Position numbers and translations under genes: made by a program. From a virus, in the IMG/VR virus record IMGVR_UViG_3300045988_116799, positions 1-64,000 of that record: 64,000 nucleotides of DNA. One strand, given 5' to 3'. Positions within the stretch are counted from its first letter, which is position 1; each line of letters starts with the position of its first letter. Of the stretch, positions 45,705-54,590 are shown in pieces. The notes under the pieces were generated by a model. That model did not search any database. It was not told the origin of the DNA and saw only the letters and a list, made by a program, of their open reading frames with translations.

Positions 45705-46466
45705 CTATGTAACCTTGTATCTATACATTGCACGATATACCTCTTTAGAGATTTTACCTTTATATTTTTCAGCAAGGCTTTTTATGTATTCCTCTTTATA
45801 GAATTTATATTTATCGAATGCTTCTTGTGCGGTTTGAAATGTTCCTAAGTCGTATTTTTGAGAATTGATTGTAATGTACGCCTTAAACGTTTTGCCATTA
45901 CATACAACACCTGTTGGACATTTCTTTATTATATTCCGCTTCCTTCGTTCATAAGCTCTATTTATTTCGACAGGAATGAATGCACAGTTTTCCGGCGAAT
46001 ACACCTTATTTCCTGGTTTTAATACATCTTTATCTAAGACATATCCGTCTATATAGTTATCGTCGAACCATTTTTTAAAGGTACTATAGTACTTCCATTC
46101 TTCACAGACACCACATCCTATATATGCAGGTTCTTTCCTTAAATAATTTTTATCATAGCATCTTGAAAGCATACTCGCCCATACAGCATAAGACCTTATA
46201 AAAACGCCTTTATGTCTTATGATGCCTCTGTAATCATTTATTCCCACACCATATATAGGCTTATAGTTTTGTTCTTTTGCACACTTGGGACAGCCCTTGC
46301 CTTGCAAGTGAATGTTTGCCAATTGTGTAAACACACCATGTATAGGACAGCATACGTCTATCTTATGTCTATTGTTTATATAGACTGTATTTGTGTAATC
46401 ATATTTATCTCCGTGTACCTCATGGGCTCTTTGGAGAAAATCATTTCTTGTTAATAATCGTCCCAT
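45705..46466 (-). CDS. homing-endonuclease-like protein with an AP2-type DNA-binding domain
   Basis: HGDKYDYTNTVYINNRHKIDVCCPIHGVFTQ...GKGCPKC module and NGKTFKAYITINSQKYDLGTFQTAQEAFDKY (AP2-like). Confidence 0.6.
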   Translation of the reverse strand: MGRLLTRNDFLQRAHEVHGDKYDYTNTVYINNRHKIDVCCPIHGVFTQLANIHLQGKGCPKCAKEQNYKPIYGVGINDYRGIIRHKGVFIRSYAVWASMLSRCYDKNYLRKEPAYIGCGVCEEWKYYSTFKKWFDDNYIDGYVLDKDVLKPGNKVYSPENCAFIPVEINRAYERRKRNIIKKCPTGVVCNGKTFKAYITINSQKYDLGTFQTAQEAFDKYKFYKEEYIKSLAEKYKGKISKEVYRAMYRYKVT

Positions 46467-46812
46467 TCTTTGCTTTATTTATTAACTGTTCTATTTTCTT
46501 TATGTCTCTTGCATTTTTGTTTGTTATATTAAATAAACTGTATCCAAGTCGCCTCACACCTTGACTTCTATTTTTATCTTTCCTTTTCTGATTATCAGTA
46601 AAATGGTAGCCACCGTTTACCTCAATAATCAACTTCAATGATGGAATATAGATGTCGGCAAAGTACAGCTTGCGCCCTGTCGTTATAGGCTGCTGTCTAA
46701 CAACCTTATATCCGAGTAGCTCACAGTTGCGTATCGCTGCTTTTTCTGCGTTGCTTGTCTTTGACATAAGGTCTTGACGCATTCTGTTAATTAATGCTTT
46801 GCTTGGCTTCAT
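46441..46812 (-). CDS. DUF559/Vsr-like endonuclease-fold protein
   Basis: YFADIYIPSLKLIIEVNGGYHF...RRLGYSLFNITNKN pattern. Confidence 0.6.
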   Translation of the reverse strand: MKPSKALINRMRQDLMSKTSNAEKAAIRNCELLGYKVVRQQPITTGRKLYFADIYIPSLKLIIEVNGGYHFTDNQKRKDKNRSQGVRRLGYSLFNITNKNARDIKKIEQLINKAKNGTIINKK

Positions 46813-46822
46813 TGTTGTTTAT

Positions 46823-47098
46823 TTAAAGATTACGAATAATGCGCATAGCGTTGTCAATAGCCCATCCAAACAATGTTGGTGGTGGCATTGTGATATTAGC
46901 ACCTCGTCTCCATTTTTGACAATAATGTAACAAACGAAGCGTTTCTTTTCTGGACATGATATACGTGAAATATCGACACAAATCACTACAATGTCCTTCT
47001 TTCTTGCCTATATTGCAATGGCCATATCCTTCTGTGTCTTCGTTTTTAAAGAATGGGCACTCACCGCAATAAACTTCTTTACTTATTTCTTTTTTCAT
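46823..47098 (-). CDS. Cys-rich hypothetical protein
   Basis: CGECPFFKNEDTEGYGHCNIGKKEGHCSDLC. Confidence 0.5.
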   Translation of the reverse strand: MKKEISKEVYCGECPFFKNEDTEGYGHCNIGKKEGHCSDLCRYFTYIMSRKETLRLLHYCQKWRRGANITMPPPTLFGWAIDNAMRIIRNL

Positions 47099-47447
47099 TT
47101 TTCAAAGCCTCCTTTTTACGCTGCTGCTTCTCAAAAAGCCTTTGCTGCTTCACCATTGAATCGTATATCGTGTTATATACTTTCTCGATAACAAATTTTG
47201 GTGTGTCACTTTTGCGGATAAATACCGGGTGATAGCCATATTTGTGCCTACGGTAGAAAATCTCGTCATCATCGCCTTCAATCTTTACCGATACTTTAGC
47301 AGCTATAACATAAAGGTCACAATGCCCATTTCTGTGCTTGCGACGACACTTGTACGAGACATTGTTCTCGTCAAGATGTTTTTTTAGTTTTTCGAGCTTT
47401 GTGGAATTTTTCATATGTCTATATTTTTTACAATCTATATATACCAA
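47079..47447 (-). CDS. hypothetical protein, possibly a second DUF559-like fold
   Basis: CDLYVIAAKVSVKIEGDDD resembles the core strand pair of the neighbouring nuclease; weak. Confidence 0.45.
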   Translation of the reverse strand: MVYIDCKKYRHMKNSTKLEKLKKHLDENNVSYKCRRKHRNGHCDLYVIAAKVSVKIEGDDDEIFYRRHKYGYHPVFIRKSDTPKFVIEKVYNTIYDSMVKQQRLFEKQQRKKEALKNEKRNK

Positions 47448-47450
47448 GCA

Positions 47451-48188
47451 TTAGCGCAAGGGGATGGCGCGATTTTCTTTGTTGTTGAATATTTTACTTA
47501 TAATTGTATATGTGTTAGAAGTTACGTTATAAGCGAAGTTATGTGTTGTAAATATATACCCAGGTACAGGGTATCCTCCCACCTTAGGCATAAAGGTAGA
47601 ACGAAAATGACTTTGTAAAGCAACAAAACCCTTTTCCACGGCATATCTCACGTAATTGAATGCTGTCTTTAACGAAACTCCAAAATTTCGCGCAATTCTT
47701 TTATACGATAATCCTTTCTCATTGTAAGAATCTCCGTAACCATACTTCCTTTTAAGTGCGCGAGCTTTTTTGACAACACTAATTTGTCTCGCCTCACGTG
47801 CTTGTAGAATGGTACGCTTACAGAAATCTTTATGAGATTGGATTATGCACAAAAGAATGGCGTATAATGATTTTTCTACGTCTTTAATTGTGTCATAACA
47901 AATATCTGTAATATTAATATTTCTGCCTTTATGCTTCGCAACGACTGAAAGAAAAACAAGTGAAGAACCTTCGATTTTAGCAAAGCCGAGTTGAATAAGC
48001 GTATTTATGCGTTTCTTTATAGTGTACGCATGTACGCCTGTAATGTTAGCAACCTTATTGACTGACCAGTTCTTCAATACATTTTTATTGTGTTTATGGT
48101 AAAAATACAGCAACAAGGCTATAGCTTTCAGAGAAGCTTTATCTCTGAAAAGGCTGTTAGCTATGTTGTATCGTAGGTTTTTTACCAT
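47451..48188 (-). CDS. DNA-binding protein with two HTH-like segments
   Basis: VNKVANITGVHAYTIKKRINTLIQLGF and LSYKRIARNFGVSLKTAFNYVRYAVEKGF. Confidence 0.6.
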   Translation of the reverse strand: MVKNLRYNIANSLFRDKASLKAIALLLYFYHKHNKNVLKNWSVNKVANITGVHAYTIKKRINTLIQLGFAKIEGSSLVFLSVVAKHKGRNINITDICYDTIKDVEKSLYAILLCIIQSHKDFCKRTILQAREARQISVVKKARALKRKYGYGDSYNEKGLSYKRIARNFGVSLKTAFNYVRYAVEKGFVALQSHFRSTFMPKVGGYPVPGYIFTTHNFAYNVTSNTYTIISKIFNNKENRAIPLR

Positions 48189-48320
48189 AATGTTCTAAAA
48201 AAGAAACTCCCAATGTACAGCGGACTAGGCAACACTGACAATGGGAGTTATTGTATATTTAGACCCTTTTCTATTCAGATAGGGAAATTGTTCTTTTAGT
48301 GCCTTGTCATTTGAACGCCA

Positions 48321-48328
48321 CAAAATTA
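48321..48328 (-). promoter_or_regulatory. -7 box TAATTTTG
   Basis: Within GAACGCCACAAAATTAATAA. Confidence 0.45.
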
Positions 48329-48401
48329 ATAAATTATTAGCGTGTATGCACGTTTAAAATATTAAAATATATTAAAGACTAATAGAAAAATAAGAATACT
48401 C

Positions 48402-48433
48402 TTTGTTGTTTGAAAATAAATTATTAACTTTGT
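48402..48433 (+). promoter_or_regulatory. TTTG-N20-TAACTTTG promoter
   Basis: Matches the Bacteroides -33/-7 consensus. The following ~60 nt up to the ATG is duplicated at 55736..55797. Confidence 0.55.
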
Positions 48434-48478
48434 GGTGTTAAAATTAATAGATAACTAATAAATACAGGAGATACAACA

Positions 48479-48613
48479 ATGAAGAATATGTATGGAGAAA
48501 CAGTCAAACCACAATATGAGGTGGCACAGAAATTCCAAATGGGAAAGATAGATATATCTTTAAATGGAAAGACCATAATTCTTATAAGTTGGTTAGAGGT
48601 AAAGAATGGGTAG
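48479..48613 (+). CDS. 44-codon leader ORF
   Basis: Has the conserved CAGGAGATACAACAATG start context; overlaps the next ORF in another frame. Confidence 0.3.
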   Translation: MKNMYGETVKPQYEVAQKFQMGKIDISLNGKTIILISWLEVKNG

Positions 48614-48909
48614 AAAACCGTTTGCAATCCCCAACAGGATTTAAGAATCATATAGAACGGTGGGCTTATATAAAAGACCTTGAATCTATTTGTGAGCAAC
48701 TTCAGCAAGAGCCAATTGACTGGGAGCAGCGCAGATACGAGATAGCTAAGGAAATGCTTCGCACTATCTACATAGAAGATGGTAAAGAGAAACGCAGCAC
48801 AAACCCAGGCATTGAGTTTGAGTATCAAAGTTTGGAGGGCAATGCAAGGGAAGCCGTCAGATACGCTAACGTACTTATTGAAGAACTAAAAAAGCAAAAT
48901 CATGGATAG
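48589..48909 (+). CDS. hypothetical protein (TTG start as listed)
   Basis: ORF track; protein-like, but lacks an ATG near its 5' end. Confidence 0.5.
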   Translation: MVRGKEWVENRLQSPTGFKNHIERWAYIKDLESICEQLQQEPIDWEQRRYEIAKEMLRTIYIEDGKEKRSTNPGIEFEYQSLEGNAREAVRYANVLIEELKKQNHG

Positions 48910-49348
48910 AAAACTTTTCTTTCACACCGTTTGTCTTATGCGCACAGCACAGCGTGAATATTTCAAGACGCGAAGTAGCGTAGCACTTGCTCAAAGTAAG
49001 TTGCTGGAGAAAACGATTGACGATGAAATAAAGCGAGTCAGGGCAGTAATGGCTGCGAAAGCAAAGCCTTTCTATGAACTCGTGGATGTAGATTTGCGGA
49101 TGGGGCAAGAATGGATTAATAACCATGTCGTAGCAAGCCTTGATGATTTTTTCTGTGATGTGACCATTCAACATCAAAATATGTTGGGCATTCATCTTTT
49201 CGACCACGGGTATTGCAATGCATACGATTTTCCCACACTCGTTATTAACGATGTAGGTGATGTTTCAGGTGATGATATACTTGAATTTAAGTTCGAATGT
49301 AATAATGGTAAATATAACGTATCGTTCTTACACGTACTGAAAGGTTAA
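48902..49348 (+). CDS. hypothetical protein
   Basis: ORF track. Confidence 0.6.
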   Translation: MDRKLFFHTVCLMRTAQREYFKTRSSVALAQSKLLEKTIDDEIKRVRAVMAAKAKPFYELVDVDLRMGQEWINNHVVASLDDFFCDVTIQHQNMLGIHLFDHGYCNAYDFPTLVINDVGDVSGDDILEFKFECNNGKYNVSFLHVLKG

Positions 49349-49363
49349 CAAAAACATATAAAA

Positions 49364-49759
49364 ATGGAAAATGATAATTATGGAATTCATTTTAACGCTC
49401 TGAAATATGTAAATTCAGGTGTTTTAAACATTAAAGGGCGCTCAGAAACAAAACGTTGTCTTGTCGTGCCTATAGAAGACAACCATCTATTTGAGAGCGT
49501 AAACGAAGATGGCTCACCAAAGGCAGTCTATTTGGATTTAAATGCTTTTGCTCTGCGCGAGCCAAAATACGAACAGACGCATATTGTCAAGCAATCCCTG
49601 CCTAAGGACGTTCGCGAAAGCATGACAAAGGAACAGCTGGATGCTATGCCTATACTTGGAGGCATGAAACCGCTTGTTAATCCTTCAGCTAATGCTGCTA
49701 CAGCAAGCAATGTTCCGTTTGCACAGCCAACGGAAGATGACAGTGATTTACCGTTTTAA
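49364..49759 (+). CDS. putative ssDNA-binding protein
   Basis: The acidic C-terminal tip EDDSDLPF is like the SSB DDDIPF tail. Confidence 0.5.
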   Translation: MENDNYGIHFNALKYVNSGVLNIKGRSETKRCLVVPIEDNHLFESVNEDGSPKAVYLDLNAFALREPKYEQTHIVKQSLPKDVRESMTKEQLDAMPILGGMKPLVNPSANAATASNVPFAQPTEDDSDLPF

Positions 49760-49770
49760 ATATTAAGAAT

Positions 49771-50220
49771 ATGGGAAGATACAGTAAAAAATCAGAACAG
49801 GAAGCTCAGAACAACGAAGCTCCTCAGTTTATTCCACCGTTGGAACAAGTCGAAAACGAAGAACAGGAAGCTCAGAACAACCAAAAGTTTCAGCGTATAA
49901 TTCCGCTTATTGCGAGTGAAGACGTAGTGTTACATAAAGGTGGCGTGCTTGTACCTACTGTTAATAAACTAACAGGTTTTGAAGGCGCAATTGTTATGTC
50001 AACACAAGACAATGCTATCAATGGGCTACTCGTAGAAGACAACAAACGTCTTACGTCTTCATTCGTTGTGCCAATGTCAATAATGGCAGACAGCGAAGTA
50101 AACGTTGTTGTCAACGTTGTTGACGAGGTTAATATCCTTCGACAAACGCAATATGGCACACGCATGGATAACCTTATTATCCCAGCCGGAACTCATATTG
50201 CCGACCTCGTTGTATTTTAA
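49771..50220 (+). CDS. hypothetical protein with an internal duplication
   Basis: ORF track; GAACAGGAAGCTCAGAACAAC occurs twice (EQEAQNN x2). Confidence 0.55.
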   Translation: MGRYSKKSEQEAQNNEAPQFIPPLEQVENEEQEAQNNQKFQRIIPLIASEDVVLHKGGVLVPTVNKLTGFEGAIVMSTQDNAINGLLVEDNKRLTSSFVVPMSIMADSEVNVVVNVVDEVNILRQTQYGTRMDNLIIPAGTHIADLVVF

Positions 50221-50273
50221 ACACAATCTTGGGTGCTACAAATTTAAAGTAGCACCCTTATAAAAGAATATAG

Positions 50274-50468
50274 ATGTCAAGAATTGAAAGTAACAGAAGC
50301 TTAAACGCTCAATATCGAGAATTACGCAAAGGTGAACTCGTATACCGAGTTGAGTTGTACGCTACCAATGGCGTTCATGGCATTGGCAATCGTGAAGTAA
50401 TAAACAAAATCGTGGACTTGCTTATTAACGAGTCGCAGAAACAAATAGAAAAGGAGGTGAATGAATGA
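50274..50468 (+). CDS. hypothetical protein
   Basis: ORF track. Confidence 0.5.
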   Translation: MSRIESNRSLNAQYRELRKGELVYRVELYATNGVHGIGNREVINKIVDLLINESQKQIEKEVNE

Positions 50469-50707
50469 CAAGTAAAATCAAACATCCTCGCAAGCGTATC
50501 GTTGTGCTTGAGCTTAAAAAAGAAAAAGAAACACTCGTATATAGTACGTGCGCAGAGCTTGCTGTCGCAAACGGCAAGAACAAAATAGGCATTGAATTAG
50601 GAGCCCTTTGGAATGCACTTGCCAAAAACGATGGTGTCTACGAAAATGATTTGTGTAAGATTTACTATCGCAAGATAGAAAACAATAAGAACCCAGAATG
50701 GAAATAA
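50465..50707 (+). CDS. hypothetical protein
   Basis: ORF track; ATGA overlap with the upstream gene. Confidence 0.5.
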   Translation: MTSKIKHPRKRIVVLELKKEKETLVYSTCAELAVANGKNKIGIELGALWNALAKNDGVYENDLCKIYYRKIENNKNPEWK

Positions 50708-50710
50708 TAT

Positions 50711-50947
50711 ATGGACAATATAATTATAGAAACTGATAAAGACCGTAAAAACAGTTTTACTGTTCGTCAAGGCGATAAATATAGCGACGGACTAACGTAT
50801 GACGAAATGCTCGGTACGATTAGTGCTTTAACTATGCCTACAGAACGTCCTTGTATTCATTGGATGAAGACAGAAGAACAATGGAAGGATTTCTTTGCAA
50901 ATGTATTATCAGCAAAAAAAAATAGGCATATTAAGAATGAAGTTTGA
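50711..50947 (+). CDS. hypothetical protein
   Basis: ORF track. Confidence 0.5.
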   Translation: MDNIIIETDKDRKNSFTVRQGDKYSDGLTYDEMLGTISALTMPTERPCIHWMKTEEQWKDFFANVLSAKKNRHIKNEV

Positions 50948-51332
50948 TAATTTCTTAAAACAGCAACAGCACACGAAACGAAAACCACGGCACGATGAAT
51001 CTAAGATACAAAAATCTGTTGTTAGGTGGTTTCGCTTGCAATATCCTCAGTATATTATCGCTGCTGTACCTAATGGAGGGTATCGCAATCCCAAAGAAGC
51101 TGCAATCATGCAATGTGAAGGAGTTCTTGCTGGCTTTGCCGACCTTATAATAATAGCGCAGCGCAATGTTCTGTTTTTAGAAATGAAGACAGAAAAAGGC
51201 CGTCAGTCAGAGAAGCAGAAAGAGTTTCAGAACAAGGTCAGTAAACTTGGCTTTGAGTACGTGATATGCCGCTCTTTTGACCAGTCCGTTCTTGCAATAG
51301 AACGGTGGATTAAAATCATAACAATCAAATAA
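50937..51332 (+). CDS. VRR-NUC nuclease
   Basis: ESKIQKSVVRWFRLQYP...NGGYRN...GVLAGFADLIII...LFLEMKTEKGRQSEKQKEF; start set at MKFDNF. Confidence 0.75.
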   Translation: MKFDNFLKQQQHTKRKPRHDESKIQKSVVRWFRLQYPQYIIAAVPNGGYRNPKEAAIMQCEGVLAGFADLIIIAQRNVLFLEMKTEKGRQSEKQKEFQNKVSKLGFEYVICRSFDQSVLAIERWIKIITIK

Positions 51333-51351
51333 CTTAAAAAGGAGATACACA

Positions 51352-51675
51352 ATGACAGGTCTGAATTATGTAATTGAAGCGAAAGGAGAAATACCTTACT
51401 TTGTCAAAACCAACGATGGTTGCGAACTTTTGTCTAATGATAGAAATTTGAAAATTATCATCAAGCATAGAAAAGTGTTTAACAACAATAATAATACACA
51501 ACAGGAAGTCTGTACCACTGCTTGCTGGGTAGCTTCACACAGTATATGGGAGAGGGGTAATATTTCCTCTACAATTTGCTCTATAGACGAGTACATCAAA
51601 AGTCTTGATGCGTCTCCTTACTTTACAAAAGCTACTAACGAATATCGCCAATATTTAAACACAGATATAAAATGA
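51352..51675 (+). CDS. hypothetical protein
   Basis: ORF track. Confidence 0.55.
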   Translation: MTGLNYVIEAKGEIPYFVKTNDGCELLSNDRNLKIIIKHRKVFNNNNNTQQEVCTTACWVASHSIWERGNISSTICSIDEYIKSLDASPYFTKATNEYRQYLNTDIK

Positions 51676-51866
51676 TAGAAATTGGTATAGTCACGCTGAT
51701 TATGACGGTAGTGATGTTCGTCTTATGTATGCTGAATTTTCTGCTTGGGAAAGAAAGCACTTATGTGTTTTCACAGTCAATACAGAAGTGGTATCTCGTA
51801 TTGTCATTGGCATATATCTTACTTTCGTTGTATTACATTTACAAGACCGCTTTACTTTTAAATTAA
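51672..51866 (+). CDS. small two-TM membrane protein
   Basis: ORF track; two hydrophobic helices. Confidence 0.5.
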   Translation: MIEIGIVTLIMTVVMFVLCMLNFLLGKESTYVFSQSIQKWYLVLSLAYILLSLYYIYKTALLLN

Positions 51867-51871
51867 CTAAA

Positions 51872-52690
51872 ATGGAAACTCCTATTAAATGTTTTGCCGT
51901 TGAATCTTTCGGCAATAGTTACAAGGTTTTTGCCGACCAAACAGTAGATTCATTATATGTGCAAGAAACGCTAAACATCGCAAAGGTGTCAGTATTTCAA
52001 TTTCTCTACACCGAATATCTTATCACAGATAATTGGATGTATTCAATGGAGTGGTACTTGAAAAAGAAAGGCATCTTGCGCTTTGAACTAAAAAAGAAGT
52101 TCAACGAAGCAAAGCAATCCTTACGCAAGATAATAGAACTTGTAGAAAGCAACTCGCAGGACACATATTGCAACGAGTATGCAAGCCAACTGGATGATAT
52201 GGCTTTGCCAACATTGAAAAAACTTCGTGACCAGATTGCTGAGAAGTTACAGAATCTTGGCGTGCCACGTGCAGGCGTGTGTGCTACTATGATAGTCCTT
52301 CAGAATCTTATATGCATGTCGGTTGATACTCATAAACATATATTCAAGCGCATATACGAAATACGCCACATTGACATCAAGAAGTGCTTTGAGAAGGTCT
52401 ATCCTGAGACCGCAATCAAACAAATAGACGAGATGCTTGCACTTGTTATGGGTGACGATAGGCAGAAGTATCAGAACAATATCGTCAACAACAAGACTAT
52501 TAAGCAGCTGTTTGATAAATATGCGGTAACCATTTACGACCAGAATAATATCAAAAAAGCAAGCATTGCAGCGTATGAAGCCATGCCTGAAACGGAACGT
52601 GAAAGATATATGTTGCTTGAAGACGGTGCTTGTATCCTTAAAGATAGTTACAATGGCAAGAAAAATGAAAACGACCGCAAAGCTGGTTGA
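51872..52690 (+). CDS. hypothetical protein
   Basis: The internal Met (METPIKCF) was chosen because the upstream part overlaps the previous gene. Confidence 0.6.
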   Translation: METPIKCFAVESFGNSYKVFADQTVDSLYVQETLNIAKVSVFQFLYTEYLITDNWMYSMEWYLKKKGILRFELKKKFNEAKQSLRKIIELVESNSQDTYCNEYASQLDDMALPTLKKLRDQIAEKLQNLGVPRAGVCATMIVLQNLICMSVDTHKHIFKRIYEIRHIDIKKCFEKVYPETAIKQIDEMLALVMGDDRQKYQNNIVNNKTIKQLFDKYAVTIYDQNNIKKASIAAYEAMPETERERYMLLEDGACILKDSYNGKKNENDRKAG

Positions 52691-53042
52691 CGCATTGACA
52701 AAAAAGGACTGTGCGGATAATGGTAGCGTTTGGGCTAAAGATTATCCGCTCAATCTTTTTAGTGGAGATGCTAAAGAATGTCAGTTTACTCGTGAGGACT
52801 TGCGTTCCTCGTTCGTAGCAGGAATAAAAGGTTATTTGCAAATCATATGGCATGACCCCAATAAAGAACTTTCAAATGACGGTGAGTGGTGTTTGTTACA
52901 TACAACAAGTGGCTTTCGACTTGCTGTTCGTCGAGAAACGCAATCGGGTGTACATAAATGGTGGCTTATGGATTATTCACTTTATGACGGCAAAGGACTC
53001 ATACGATGGGCGTATGTCAGCGACCTTGTGCTGTACAAATAA
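52653..53042 (+). CDS. hypothetical protein
   Basis: The internal Met (MARKMKTTAK) was chosen. Confidence 0.55.
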   Translation: MARKMKTTAKLVDALTKKDCADNGSVWAKDYPLNLFSGDAKECQFTREDLRSSFVAGIKGYLQIIWHDPNKELSNDGEWCLLHTTSGFRLAVRRETQSGVHKWWLMDYSLYDGKGLIRWAYVSDLVLYK

Positions 53043-53133
53043 TTGCTCGATGCCCTTACTACAAGTAACCCCATTGCACAATAACAGAATACTAATTTTC
53101 TGTCTGTAACACATAAATCTTAACAAAAATCAC

Positions 53134-53982
53134 ATGGCAAATTTGAAATTAACAAAAGAGAGTACGAATAGTGAAATCAAGGAGTATTTTACCGCAGTGT
53201 TAAACCTTTCACAGTCCAACAGGGAATTTCCTGTAAGTATTGATGATGTATGGCCGCTTGTATATGGCAAGAAATCGGATGCTGTAGAAGCACTCATTAA
53301 TAATGAGCAGTTCATAAAAGATGTTGACTATCAAGTTTTGCGGAAAAATCCGCAAAACCCCAAAGGGGGTAGACCTACAATAGAATACTACCTTACGACT
53401 TCTTGTCTTGAATATTTTATTGCCCGGAAAATCCGTAGTGTATTCGAGGTCTACCGGCAAGTCTTTCATAAAGCGGTACAAGCTATTGCTGTTCCTCAGA
53501 CTTTTGCCGAAGCGTTGATGCTCGCCGCTAAACAACAGCAGGCTATTGAGGAAAAACAACGGCTAATAGAGCAAAAGAATACAGAGATAGAACAAAAGAA
53601 CACAGAAATAGTTGAACTTTCAACCGCTATCACAGAAATGCAGCCTAAAGTCAGCTATGTAGACACTATTCTCCAGTGTAAAGATACTGTACAGGTGACA
53701 CTTATTGCACAAGATTATGGGAAATCAGCAAAAGCGTTCAATGTACTTCTTCGCAATATGCAAATACAGCGCAAGGTTGGCACAACATGGGTTGTACGTG
53801 CTAAATATCTACAATGTGGTTATGTTCAGTCGGAAACATTTGAATATCCGCATAGTGACGGTACAAAAGGCGCGCGTGTCTATACGAAATGGACACAAAA
53901 GGGTCGATTGTTCTTATACGAAACATTAAAAAAGCATGGTATTCTACCACTTGTCGAACAAACAGAGCAAGCAAAGAAATAA
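53134..53982 (+). CDS. antirepressor with KilAC domain (copy 3)
   Basis: PQTFAEALMLAAKQQQAIEEKQ and PKVSYVDTILQCKDTVQVTLIAQDYGKSAKAFNVLL (KilAC); a different, Ant-like N-terminus. Confidence 0.75.
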   Translation: MANLKLTKESTNSEIKEYFTAVLNLSQSNREFPVSIDDVWPLVYGKKSDAVEALINNEQFIKDVDYQVLRKNPQNPKGGRPTIEYYLTTSCLEYFIARKIRSVFEVYRQVFHKAVQAIAVPQTFAEALMLAAKQQQAIEEKQRLIEQKNTEIEQKNTEIVELSTAITEMQPKVSYVDTILQCKDTVQVTLIAQDYGKSAKAFNVLLRNMQIQRKVGTTWVVRAKYLQCGYVQSETFEYPHSDGTKGARVYTKWTQKGRLFLYETLKKHGILPLVEQTEQAKK

Positions 53983-53999
53983 TCAACTTGTAATAAATG

Positions 54000-54029
54000 G
54001 AGTGGGGCGGCAGCGTTCCACTCTTTTAT
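54000..54029 (+). terminator. rho-independent terminator
   Basis: gagtgg / ccactc stem followed by TTTTATTTG. Confidence 0.55.
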
Positions 54030-54073
54030 TTGTTAAAACCCTGTTATTTTTCTGTTATTTACAGGGAAAACAT

Positions 54074-54081
54074 TATCTTTG
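54074..54081 (+). promoter_or_regulatory. -7 box TATCTTTG only 4 nt before the ATG
   Basis: The spacing implies a leaderless or near-leaderless transcript for 54086..54562. Confidence 0.35.
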
Positions 54082-54085
54082 TGCA

Positions 54086-54562
54086 ATGGCAAAGGTAACT
54101 ATCAAAATAAAAGGTATAGAAGCTTTAAAGGAAAAGCTCATGGAAAAGAAACAAGCTGTGGATAATGTCTTAAAAACGGCATTGCCTGAGCTTGGGGAAA
54201 AGGCTGTGACCTATTCCAAAGAGAATAAAGGTTATCAAGACCAAACGGCAAATCTTAAGAACTCAATTTCTTTTGCCGTTTTCTTTGACGGTAAGCTCAT
54301 AAACACTACCATAGGCAAGATACCCGAGCCTGACAAGGTTAAAGGCGGACAATCGCAAGTGCAAAGCGCATTAGAAGAATATGCTTCCAAACCTGGAGTT
54401 GTCGCTCCTAAAGGTTATACAATAATAGTCGTTGCTGGAATGGTGTATGGCAAATATGTCGAAGACAAAGGTTACAATGTGCTGTATCTTACGAAACATT
54501 ATTTGCACAATGGTATGAAAGATATATACCAGATGATTTTTGACTTGTTAAAAGAAAAGTGA
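54086..54562 (+). CDS. hypothetical protein (faint HK97 gp10-like resemblance)
   Basis: The internal Met (MAKVTIKIKGIEALKEK) was chosen. Confidence 0.55.
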   Translation: MAKVTIKIKGIEALKEKLMEKKQAVDNVLKTALPELGEKAVTYSKENKGYQDQTANLKNSISFAVFFDGKLINTTIGKIPEPDKVKGGQSQVQSALEEYASKPGVVAPKGYTIIVVAGMVYGKYVEDKGYNVLYLTKHYLHNGMKDIYQMIFDLLKEK

Positions 54563-54582
54563 GGTTGTTACGCCTCACTTTT
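54555..54582. terminator. bidirectional terminator
   Basis: aaaagtgagg / cctcactttt, 10-bp stem with 8-nt loop. Confidence 0.6.
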
Positions 54583-54590
54583 AATCTTTT

